DNA of 32,000 nucleotides from Acaryochloris marina MBIC11017 (GCF_000018105.1 NC_009925.1:6450001-6482000), one strand, 5' to 3'. Counted from the first letter of the stretch, positions 18,056-26,382 are shown. The notes: generated by a model not told the origin, from the letters alone. Numbers and translations are program-made.

Positions 18056-19227
18056 TGTTGCATTAACGAGTGCTTCCCACTTTCATCAGATAGAGATTGC
18101 TGTCTTATTTCAGCATTACTCCCTGTTTGGGGGAGCAACTTAGGAATATCGTTGTTGGGATGTCGTAAGCCAGATATCCGCTGAGCGTTAGCCAAACGAT
18201 TGGCATGGCGCTTAGAGAACCAGCGATTGAACCGTTTCTCTAGATTAAAGAGCTGTTGCTCAATCCACCGGGTTACGTGTTTACCAAGAAAAGCGAACTT
18301 TTTGGCAATAGGTCGAATTAGCACTTTGCGTCGTCGTTGTCCCAATTTCTGATACCGTTTTTGGAAATAACGACTCTCTTGCAGTCCCCATTTTTGCTGG
18401 TAATGGAGCAGATTACTGAGTTCCCAAGCATCACTCCAGCGCAGCATAAAGTAAGGTATATCGCTCCACTGCAAAGCCGGGGCAGGTGGATGGGTTAAGA
18501 AGGTAACGACGGAGTCCGGTTCCAGGTAAATTAGTCCACCCGCACGGGTGACCATCATGCAGAAATCGAGGTACTCTTTCGTACAGGAAAAGCCTTCGTC
18601 TAAGGGGCCAATTCGATCAAAGATAGCCGTCCGCACCAACATGGCATGAAACTCTACAAAGCCTGTCGGCTGGCGATAAAGCTGATCGCAGACTTCGGCA
18701 AGGGGCTGATTCTGATAGGGAGTGCGTTCTTGAATTTTCCATCCCCCTGTATAGTCCAGGGTGCCAGAAGGATTGAGTTCACCTCGGGCAAAGGCACTGT
18801 AGGCAGCTGGTGCCATATAGGTGCCCCCCGCACAGTGGACAATGGTATGGACAGGGCGATACTGGCAGACTAAGGATCCGACTACAGTGGCCCCTGTTTC
18901 CTCTGTGCAGTTCACTAATTTCTCCAGCCAGCCTGATGTAAAAACGACATCGTTATCAACAAAGACCACATAGGGGGTTGTGACGTACTGGAGTCCCAAA
19001 TTTCGGGCTTGATTTGGAGATAAGTAGGTCTCTGATCGAACGACTTGAAACCGGCGAAGCAGAGATTGAAATTCAAGATTCTGTCGAAGTTTACGAGGAG
19101 AGTTATTGTCTACATAAATCAACTTGAAAGGGACAAAGGTATTTTCGAAAAGGCTTTCTAGAGATTCACGGGCAAACTGAAACCGTTCTCGGGGAACGAC
19201 AATAATCGTGACTTTAGGGTTTGACAT
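18052..19227 (-). CDS. Family-2-like (GT-A fold) glycosyltransferase, paralog B
   Basis: 391 aa with an ATG start. Pattern: KVTIIVVPRERF...YVDNNS...SPNQARNLG...VVFVDNDV (a DxD motif is present). It has the same C-terminal extension as paralog A (WSDIPYFMLRWSDAW...KRYQKLGQRRR...) plus about 45 extra polar C-terminal residues. Confidence 0.8.
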   Translation of the reverse strand: MSNPKVTIIVVPRERFQFARESLESLFENTFVPFKLIYVDNNSPRKLRQNLEFQSLLRRFQVVRSETYLSPNQARNLGLQYVTTPYVVFVDNDVVFTSGWLEKLVNCTEETGATVVGSLVCQYRPVHTIVHCAGGTYMAPAAYSAFARGELNPSGTLDYTGGWKIQERTPYQNQPLAEVCDQLYRQPTGFVEFHAMLVRTAIFDRIGPLDEGFSCTKEYLDFCMMVTRAGGLIYLEPDSVVTFLTHPPAPALQWSDIPYFMLRWSDAWELSNLLHYQQKWGLQESRYFQKRYQKLGQRRRKVLIRPIAKKFAFLGKHVTRWIEQQLFNLEKRFNRWFSKRHANRLANAQRISGLRHPNNDIPKLLPQTGSNAEIRQQSLSDESGKHSLMQH

Positions 19228-19371
19228 GGGTATAACCTTGAAATCGATGAGATGTAGCTATTGAGGATCTCCCCTCTTGGGAGGAATCAGGGGTAAGCGA
19301 ATCGGAATTCTAATGACCCGCCCTGCGGGTATCCTTCACAGGAGGGAAAAGTTCGATTTTGACGAAAGTCT

Positions 19372-21207
19372 CTAGGCGGAAAGAGTCTTAGGGGACAGAG
19401 TTGGTTGTTCAGGGTAGACGACTGACTGGAGCTGGAAGAGGGCTGCGTAATGCTGGCCTTGGTGCATCAGCTCTTGGTGGGTTCCTTGTTCTAGGACTTG
19501 TCCACCTTCGACATAGAGAATTTGGTCAAAGTCTTTGGAAACACTCAGATCATGGGTGATCAATAGGGTCGTGCTGCCTTGAGTTAGGCGTTTAAGGGCT
19601 TGATTGACGGCTTGCTCACTTTTATTGTCTAGACCCACCGTGGGTTCATCGAGAATAACGATAGGGGCTTTGCGGATGGCGGCGCGTGCGATCGCAACCC
19701 GTTGCCGCTGTCCTCCCGATAAAGTGGCTCCACGTTCACTCATGAGGGTGTTGTAGCCATCGGGTAAAGCCATGATGAACTCATGGGCATTGGCCAGCTT
19801 GGCGGCTCGACGCACCTCTGCATCTGTGGCCCCCAGAGAACCGTAGGCGATATTGTCGCGAATAGAGGTTCCAAATAAGATACTGTCTTGAAGAACAATG
19901 CTGATTTGATTCCGCAAGGAGTCCAGTTGATACCTGCGCAAATCTTGACCATCAATCAAAATTCGTCCTGAATGGGGGTCGTAGAGGCGAAGCAATAAGC
20001 TAACGAGGGTTGATTTACCACTGCCAGATGGACCGACTAGAGCGACTCTTTGGCCCGGTTTTACCTCGAAACTGAGGTTTTGGAGGGTGTCTTGATTGCC
20101 TTGATAGGCAAAGCTGACGTTCTCAAACTTTATGGTCCCTTGGAATGGGGGAGCTGCGATCGCATCTTTGGCATTGCGCACTTCTGGCTCTACATTGAGT
20201 AGGTCTATAATTCGCTCTGCAGATACGACACCGCGAGAGATTTTAGCCATTTGTTTTGCCAGTTCCCGCGTGGGTTTAAAGGCCGTTTTGAGATAGGTAA
20301 TAAAGACCAACAGATCCCCCGGAGACGCCTTATCTAGTTGAACCAAATACACCCCTCGCCACAACACCAATGCAGTGGCTATGGCAACCAAGATCTCAGC
20401 CGTTCGTTTTAAACCTGCCGAGAACTGTTGGGTGCGGGCACTTTCCTCTAAACTCTTGCGGTTGTCATGGACAAAGAGTTGCTCTAAAACTCGCTCCAGG
20501 GATAGGGCCTGGACAACCTTGATGGCACCAATGGACTCTGCAGCCGTCGCTGCCATTGCACTTTCACGACGACGTTGCCGCTGGGAAATTTTGCGAATGC
20601 GCTGGGTAATACTGACCGTTGAGAACATAAAAACCGGCAGCACTGCCAAGGCAATTAACGCCAGTTCCCAATCCATCCAGAACATCACCCCAACCATGCA
20701 GAATAGGGTAAAAATATTGATGAGTAAGGGCAGGGCATGGTTGATGATCACATCCCGTAGGCGATCCATATCGCTGGTGATGCGGGTGAGTAAGTCTCCA
20801 CTTTTAGCCTGGTAATGAAAGGCTAAGGACAGCCGTTGCAGATGACGATAGAGCTGACTGCGAATATCAGAAATCATTCTGCTCGCGGCCACTGAAAGAC
20901 TGACCAAGCTGATATAGGCAGACATGGCACTCAGTCCTGCCACTCCAACAATCGACAAGGCCAAAATCAAAATCAAAACGGAGGGATTAACCTCTCCCAG
21001 AACAGGAAGGTCCGTACTATTGGCATCGGGAAGCAATACATAGTCAAAGATCAGCTTGAGGGGCCAGGGACTTAACAGGCGGGCCAACACCTCAATCACT
21101 AAACCGATAATGGAAACTGAAAGTAGGGCTTTTTCTTGGCGGATCTGGGGCCAAAACTGGCGTATCACTTTGCCCAGACCTGGAAATATTTGGGTAGGTT
21201 GAGTCAT
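19372..21207 (-). CDS. Fused TMD-NBD ABC exporter (MsbA/type-IV exporter-like half transporter)
   Basis: 611 aa. It has an N-terminal six-helix TMD followed by an NBD. Walker A: GPSGSGKST. Q-loop present. Signature: LSGGQRQR. Walker B: IVILDEPT. H-loop: ITHDL. Confidence 0.9.
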   Translation of the reverse strand: MTQPTQIFPGLGKVIRQFWPQIRQEKALLSVSIIGLVIEVLARLLSPWPLKLIFDYVLLPDANSTDLPVLGEVNPSVLILILALSIVGVAGLSAMSAYISLVSLSVAASRMISDIRSQLYRHLQRLSLAFHYQAKSGDLLTRITSDMDRLRDVIINHALPLLINIFTLFCMVGVMFWMDWELALIALAVLPVFMFSTVSITQRIRKISQRQRRRESAMAATAAESIGAIKVVQALSLERVLEQLFVHDNRKSLEESARTQQFSAGLKRTAEILVAIATALVLWRGVYLVQLDKASPGDLLVFITYLKTAFKPTRELAKQMAKISRGVVSAERIIDLLNVEPEVRNAKDAIAAPPFQGTIKFENVSFAYQGNQDTLQNLSFEVKPGQRVALVGPSGSGKSTLVSLLLRLYDPHSGRILIDGQDLRRYQLDSLRNQISIVLQDSILFGTSIRDNIAYGSLGATDAEVRRAAKLANAHEFIMALPDGYNTLMSERGATLSGGQRQRVAIARAAIRKAPIVILDEPTVGLDNKSEQAVNQALKRLTQGSTTLLITHDLSVSKDFDQILYVEGGQVLEQGTHQELMHQGQHYAALFQLQSVVYPEQPTLSPKTLSA

Positions 21208-21256
21208 ATTGGCTCACTCCAAACGGTTGTGGCGGAAGGGGGATAGAATAGGCCCC

Positions 21257-22474
21257 TTAGACGAGAGAAAGGGTTTTAGGCGCAGCAGTCCCCAAAACTT
21301 GTTCGTAGACTTGTTGCCATTGGCGTTGTTCAACCGATGGGGCCATTTTCTGGAGGACTGTTTCTCTAGCAGCTAATCCGAGTCGTTCGCGGAGTTGAGG
21401 CTGGGTTATCAGGGATTTTAGGGACTGGGCTAGGGCAGCACTATCGGCTGGACTGACCACTAATCCATTCACGTTGTCTTCCAGAATTTCGCCAATGGCA
21501 TCGACATGGGTGCCGACCACTGCTTTAGCCGCCAGCATCGCTTCGAGTAAGGCATTAGGGCAGCCATCATGGAGGGAGGGGATGGCAAAAATATCCATAT
21601 AGGGCAGGTAGGCTAAAGCTTCTTGACGGCTGACTTTACCGGTAATCACAATCTGGTCGGCTAAACCGCTGTCCTCAATCACTTGCAGCCAGTAGTCGCG
21701 CTCTTTGGCAACGAAATCACCCACAAATAGCAGGGTTAATGGGGTACTGAGTTTCAAAGATTGGCAGGCATCCAGCAAGTATTCCAAACCTTTCTTGTCC
21801 CGGAAACTACCAACAGAGCCAATGACGGTTCCCTGGAGTTTGTGGGCTAGTGCTGGCTGAGGTAAATTGCTGAAATCCAGGGGTGCGATCGCATTCCAAA
21901 ATGCCGATGATTTAGCCCGAATACTAGGAACTAAAGCACGAGCCCGCTGCATTAAATCTCTGCTCACAAAGGTGGTCCAAGCAGAATTTTCTAGAGTCCA
22001 AGTTATTTGACCAAACTGCTGGGGACTAAAGGCATGCTTGTGCAGATCCGCGCCTCGCACGCTGTTAATAACAGGAATTCCGCCCTCTTGTCCTAATAAC
22101 GTCGTTAGGAACCCCATTTCGTTAATAAAAAAGGCATGGAGGGCATCAAACTGATATTGCCGCTGCAACAGCTGAAGCAGTCCGTATAGATCGCAGAAAT
22201 AGTCTTGTTCCTTCGCCTGGGTTGACCGGACAGCAGGCTGCAAGCGGTGAACAGTCACCCCATCTTGCTGAGTGGTTTGACAGCTAGGGCGTTGGAATTC
22301 TCCCGCTGCAGCCTGGGCACGCTGTTCGCGGAATACAGCCCGAAAAACTGCAACATGGACATCAAAACCTAGATCGATCAGCATATGGGCAATGCGTTGA
22401 ACCGACTCGCCCACACCGCCAATATCAGGTGGGAATTCCAGAGCAGTGATACAAATCTTGCGTTTCATAATCAT
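21257..22474 (-). CDS. GT4-family (GT-B fold) glycosyltransferase
   Basis: The N-terminus is ICITALEFPPDIGGVGESV. The C-terminal domain has PSLHDGCPNALLEAMLAAKAVVGTHVDAIGEILED (an EX7E-type motif). SD AGGAG spacing favours the third codon (ATG 22468) as the real start. Confidence 0.85.
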   Translation of the reverse strand: MIMKRKICITALEFPPDIGGVGESVQRIAHMLIDLGFDVHVAVFRAVFREQRAQAAAGEFQRPSCQTTQQDGVTVHRLQPAVRSTQAKEQDYFCDLYGLLQLLQRQYQFDALHAFFINEMGFLTTLLGQEGGIPVINSVRGADLHKHAFSPQQFGQITWTLENSAWTTFVSRDLMQRARALVPSIRAKSSAFWNAIAPLDFSNLPQPALAHKLQGTVIGSVGSFRDKKGLEYLLDACQSLKLSTPLTLLFVGDFVAKERDYWLQVIEDSGLADQIVITGKVSRQEALAYLPYMDIFAIPSLHDGCPNALLEAMLAAKAVVGTHVDAIGEILEDNVNGLVVSPADSAALAQSLKSLITQPQLRERLGLAARETVLQKMAPSVEQRQWQQVYEQVLGTAAPKTLSLV

Positions 22475-22493
22475 GTTCTCCTAACAGGTCTAC

Positions 22494-23663
22494 TTATCGA
22501 GCCAGGGCAACCGTCTGATCACAAAGCTGGCGCAAGCGCTTGGCCGTGTTTTCAGAGCCCTTGAGATTAATGGCATGGGAGGGTTTAGCTGTATGTAAGT
22601 GTTGGAGGATGGCATGGGCCAAAGCTGAGGGGGAAAGCTGGTCAGGGGACAACACCTCAACGGCCCCCAGTTGGGCCAGTCGAGAGGCCCGGAGCCATTG
22701 CTCATCTGCTTGGTTTGGGGAAGGGGAAGGCAGGATCAGAGACCGAACCTGAGAACTCAACACATTCATGGTGGTGTTGTATCCTCCCAGGCTGATGGAT
22801 AAATCGGCCCCATAGAGGTAATCCATTAAATTCGGGGTAAATCGTTGTAGGGTGATGTTGGACTGAGAAGAAGTTAAAGTCTTAAGGGAATGGAACTCCG
22901 ACTCCGACATAAATGGTCCAGCAAAGGCATAGATCTGGTGAGGAATAGCATGGTGCAGAAGGGGACCCACCTCACCAATAGCCTTTAGCAAAGAATAACC
23001 GTATCGCCCGCCCCCCACGCTGGCCACAATCCGAGGGGACTTTAGAGCCTGTTGCTGTACGAACGAAGTGGCTAGAGATTGAGCCACATACCCGGTGTAA
23101 AAGACTTCGCAAGTTAGGGCATGGGCGGAGGGGAAGCAAGCATCTAGGGATTGGAGATTGCGATCGCAATGGCAAAGCACTAAATCATAGAACTGCTGAA
23201 TTTGATCTAGAATCCGAGCCTGCTTTCGAGCCAGTCCCTTTTCACTCATGGATTGGGTCATGATCAGATCTCTGAGACTGCAGACCACTTTGACTTGTGC
23301 TGCTTTAGCCCGCTCCAACAAGGGCAGCAATTCGAACGCCATCTTGTACTTACTAAAGGGGAAGCACTCAGTAATCACACAGTCTGGCTGGAATTGTTCG
23401 AATAGGCCAAGAAGTCTTTGTCGACGAGCGATCTTTACTGATTCAACTGATTGATTCAGGGCAATCAATTCACCTGCTTCTTCCCTAAGAGCGGGGAGAT
23501 AGACCACCTCCACACCATCAGGAACTTCAAACTGATCAATGGGCTCTCCACCAATCACCAGACAAACCTGAAAGCTTGGAACTAAACTACGAATAATTTC
23601 AGTACTGCGGACCAGGTGGCCCATTCCCGCTAAATACTGGCAGTAAAATAAGATCTTCTTCAT
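22494..23663 (-). CDS. MurG/GT28-like GT-B glycosyltransferase (COG4671-like), tandem paralog 1
   Basis: 389 aa with SD GAGGAAG. The N-terminus is MKKILFYCQYLAGMGHLVRS. Later motifs: VCSLRDL, VGGGRYG, ADLSISLGGYNTTMNVL. It is clearly paralogous to the next two genes. Confidence 0.75.
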   Translation of the reverse strand: MKKILFYCQYLAGMGHLVRSTEIIRSLVPSFQVCLVIGGEPIDQFEVPDGVEVVYLPALREEAGELIALNQSVESVKIARRQRLLGLFEQFQPDCVITECFPFSKYKMAFELLPLLERAKAAQVKVVCSLRDLIMTQSMSEKGLARKQARILDQIQQFYDLVLCHCDRNLQSLDACFPSAHALTCEVFYTGYVAQSLATSFVQQQALKSPRIVASVGGGRYGYSLLKAIGEVGPLLHHAIPHQIYAFAGPFMSESEFHSLKTLTSSQSNITLQRFTPNLMDYLYGADLSISLGGYNTTMNVLSSQVRSLILPSPSPNQADEQWLRASRLAQLGAVEVLSPDQLSPSALAHAILQHLHTAKPSHAINLKGSENTAKRLRQLCDQTVALAR

Positions 23664-23680
23664 CTGACTTCCTCAGGCGG

Positions 23681-24865
23681 TTAAGCCGCGACAGCGGGAT
23701 GGTTGTCATAAGCGAGGGAGCGCACTCGCTGAGCCGTTTTCTGTACCCCATCCAGATCAAATCGAGTGGATTGAGGTTTGGAATTTAGAACTATTTCTAC
23801 CCGTTGAGCTAGACGTTCAGGGGCTACATCAACTTTTTGCAGCATCTGAGCCACCCCAAGCTCGTCTAATCGGCGGACTCGCATCGTTTGTTCTTGGTCG
23901 TCGTTGCCTGTAAAGGGCAACATCAGGGCATTGACCCCTGTGGTCAAAATATTCATCGTGGTGTTGTACCCCGACATGCTGACGGAGAGATCCGCCTGCT
24001 CCATATAGGCGAGTAGGTTGGGAGTATAGCGATGAATATGTAGGTTATGACAGTCTCGGCCTGCCTGTTTTAATTGCCAAAACACTGACTCAGGAATAAA
24101 AGGTCCAGCAAACATCTGAATATGGTGGGGAATGCGCGTTGACAAGTATTCCGCTGCACCAACCATGCCCCTCAGCAACTCATGTCCAAATCGACCACCT
24201 CCCACACTGACGAGTATCATGGGAGCCTGTCGGCTCAAGGCCCATCGATCCACCAATGTCAGTCGATTATTTTCGGGTTGTTGGGCCACATAACCCGTAT
24301 AGTGAACCTCACAATTGAGATCCTTAACCCGAGAGAAGCTATCTTCCAGGGGATGTAAGTTGGGGTCTCCATGAATCAGTAATTGATCAAAATATTGATT
24401 CATCAATCGACAGATTTTAGCCTCATGGCGGGCCTGGTCTTGCTTGGTCACCACAATATCGCGCAGGCTACAGACCACTTTGGTACCACTGGCCTTAGCG
24501 GCTTCCATTAAGGGAATAAGTTCAAAGGAAAACCGCCGTCGACCAAAGGGGAAGAGTTCCATCATCAATACATCGGGCTGAAAAGTTTCTATTTGGTTAA
24601 GGAGCAAGTGTTTACGGGTCTCCTGCACAACCTCCAAACTCAGGGACTGATCTACTGGACGCAGTTCACGGAACTCCGTGTCCGTTTTGATCGCTGGTAA
24701 ATTGACAACAGTGACGCCATTGGGGACTTGAAAATTTTGAATCACTTCCCCCCCATTGATAAAGCAAATCTCAAAGTCTTCCACTAGGCCCCGCACAATT
24801 TCCATACTGCGGATCAGGTGCCCCATACCCAGAATGTGTTGGCAATAAAACATCAATTTTTTCAT
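23681..24865 (-). CDS. MurG/GT28-like GT-B glycosyltransferase (COG4671-like), tandem paralog 2
   Basis: 394 aa. Motifs: MKKLMFYCQHILGMGHLIRS, VCSLRDI, VGGGRFG, ADLSVSMSGYNTTMNIL. It is the closest match to paralog 1. Confidence 0.75.
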   Translation of the reverse strand: MKKLMFYCQHILGMGHLIRSMEIVRGLVEDFEICFINGGEVIQNFQVPNGVTVVNLPAIKTDTEFRELRPVDQSLSLEVVQETRKHLLLNQIETFQPDVLMMELFPFGRRRFSFELIPLMEAAKASGTKVVCSLRDIVVTKQDQARHEAKICRLMNQYFDQLLIHGDPNLHPLEDSFSRVKDLNCEVHYTGYVAQQPENNRLTLVDRWALSRQAPMILVSVGGGRFGHELLRGMVGAAEYLSTRIPHHIQMFAGPFIPESVFWQLKQAGRDCHNLHIHRYTPNLLAYMEQADLSVSMSGYNTTMNILTTGVNALMLPFTGNDDQEQTMRVRRLDELGVAQMLQKVDVAPERLAQRVEIVLNSKPQSTRFDLDGVQKTAQRVRSLAYDNHPAVAA

Positions 24866-24907
24866 GACAAATATCCAGAAATTTGAATTACAGAAATGTA
24901 GCTGCCC

Positions 24908-26107
24908 TTACGCCAAAGCCGGTTCTCGATCAGGGGGGCGAAGGAATAGGTTGGATAACTGATTCGCAATATTAGGTAAACCATTGAAATCGAGTTCTAA
25001 AGATGGGGCAGCTCGATCCTCTAGTTGGGCGATGACCGCTTGCATTAAGGATTTCGGCTGTAGATGATTGGGATGAATCGCCCGAATCAATCCGTTGTGC
25101 ATAAACCGTTCTGCCCGAATCAGCTGTTCCTGGGAAGGGGTAATTCGAGGAACCACAACTGTACGTTTGTCCAGAGCTAAGATTTCAGTCAAGGTGTTGT
25201 ATCCTCCCATGGAGACAACAGCATCCGCAGCATCTAAATAACCAATTAGATTGTCCGTAAATGCTTGAACTTCGACACCAGAGTATTGCAAGGCTTGTGT
25301 TTGGATATCCTGCTGCTGAGATAAGGGCATCTCTGGACCGCAGAGAATAACACTTCGGACCTTCACCTGATTTGGCAGGTATTTCAATCCTGCGAGGTAA
25401 GCTTTCACCAGAGGATAACCATCTTCTCCTCCACCTGGAGTCACTACCACCAACTTCTCTGAAGGCTTTATCCGCAGGAACCAGCGCAGTTCCATTCGAT
25501 TAAGCCCCTGAGAAGATTTACGTATATAGCCGCAATAATGGACCTTTTTCGCAATCGGTAATGGGAATTGGTACTCTTGAGCAACATCAAATAGCTCAGC
25601 CATACCTACCACTAGGACTTGGTCATACCAAGATTGGATCGCCTGGTAATATCCCTGTCGTTTCCATTCGCCAATCGTTTTAACAGGACTATCCAGAATA
25701 TCCCTAAGGAGAAGTACTTTTTGGGTCTTTGGTTGGTGAGTTTCAAGATGTTCTAGGGTGCTCAGTAATTCTTTCTGAATCCCATAGGGCTTTTTGTCAA
25801 CAAGCAACACATCTGGTTTAAAGTGCAGCGCGGCTGAATGAATTAAGTGGGAGCGCCACTTTAGAGTTTCTTCTAACTCTGTTCCCAAGTATTTTGCGAA
25901 TAAAGTTCCTGACTGTCCTCGATTAAGGCAAGGAAGTTTGATGTAATCCAAGCCTTTAGGTAGCCGAAAGGCCTGCAGCATCGGTGAACCAGATACCAGT
26001 AAAATAGATAGGTCTGTTTGGTCCTTCAGCAGGTATTCACAGATAGAAAGCATTCTGCGGAGATTGCCAAGACCGAATGCGTCATGAGAGTAAACCATCA
26101 GTCTCAT
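24908..26107 (-). CDS. MurG/GT28-like GT-B glycosyltransferase (COG4671-like), tandem paralog 3 (most divergent)
   Basis: 399 aa with SD GAGGA 9 nt upstream. Motifs: MRLMVYSHDAFGLGNLRR, LLLRDIL, PGGGEDG, ADAVVSMGGYNTLTEIL. It is the first gene of a tightly spaced five-gene run (gaps of 42, 17, 19 and 49 bp). Confidence 0.75.
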   Translation of the reverse strand: MRLMVYSHDAFGLGNLRRMLSICEYLLKDQTDLSILLVSGSPMLQAFRLPKGLDYIKLPCLNRGQSGTLFAKYLGTELEETLKWRSHLIHSAALHFKPDVLLVDKKPYGIQKELLSTLEHLETHQPKTQKVLLLRDILDSPVKTIGEWKRQGYYQAIQSWYDQVLVVGMAELFDVAQEYQFPLPIAKKVHYCGYIRKSSQGLNRMELRWFLRIKPSEKLVVVTPGGGEDGYPLVKAYLAGLKYLPNQVKVRSVILCGPEMPLSQQQDIQTQALQYSGVEVQAFTDNLIGYLDAADAVVSMGGYNTLTEILALDKRTVVVPRITPSQEQLIRAERFMHNGLIRAIHPNHLQPKSLMQAVIAQLEDRAAPSLELDFNGLPNIANQLSNLFLRPPDREPALA

Positions 26108-26153
26108 TGAACGGTCCTCAAAGAATTAGGTCAGTCGATAAAAGGGAATATAG

Positions 26154-26252
26154 TTAAACTGTTTGAAGCTGACGGTCTGATTTAATCTTTGGCAGGACTG
26201 GAGTTAGACGCCCTATTCCTACATATCCAGTACCAATTACACAAACTTTCAT
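26154..26252 (-). pseudogene. Remnant of a UDP-glucose 6-dehydrogenase-family gene (N-terminal Rossmann segment only)
   Basis: My own minus-strand translation gives MKVCVIGTGYVGIGRLTPVLPKIKSDRQLQTV*. The first 12 residues are the canonical Ugd N-terminus with GxGxxG, which I recall for cyanobacterial Ugd as M(R/K)VCVIGTGYVGLVTG. Similarity then collapses and a stop follows at codon 33. It ends 46 nt upstream of GT paralog 3. Confidence 0.35.
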
Positions 26253-26312
26253 AAATAATGAACCTCTCCTAACTGCGTTGTTCAGTTATCTACACCCTGA
26301 CAAGGCGGAGTT

Positions 26313-26382
26313 AAGGTTCAATGAAACTAATGTGAGAAAGGGTTCATGAGAACAGTTTCATGAGAAAGCTTTCATAGAAAGC
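26313..26382. repeat. Tandem array of five 14-bp units (consensus about GTTTCATGAGAAAG) in the leader/promoter region of the GT operon
   Basis: The units read on the + strand are: AAGGTTCAATGAAA / CTAATGTGAGAAAG / GGTTCATGAGAACA / GTTTCATGAGAAAG / CTTTCATAGAAAGC. TGAGAA (or its remnant) starts at 26333, 26347, 26361 and 26375, which is exact 14-bp phasing. The array lies 206-275 bp upstream of ATG 26107. Confidence 0.6.

Noticed and set aside
26313-26382. Possibility that the short tandem repeats are a CRISPR array or a minisatellite from a mobile element
   Set aside because: The units are 14 bp, directly abutting with no spacers. There are only five copies and no cas genes or transposase nearby. 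The same octamer recurs at other promoters in the locus, which favours a regulatory-site interpretation.
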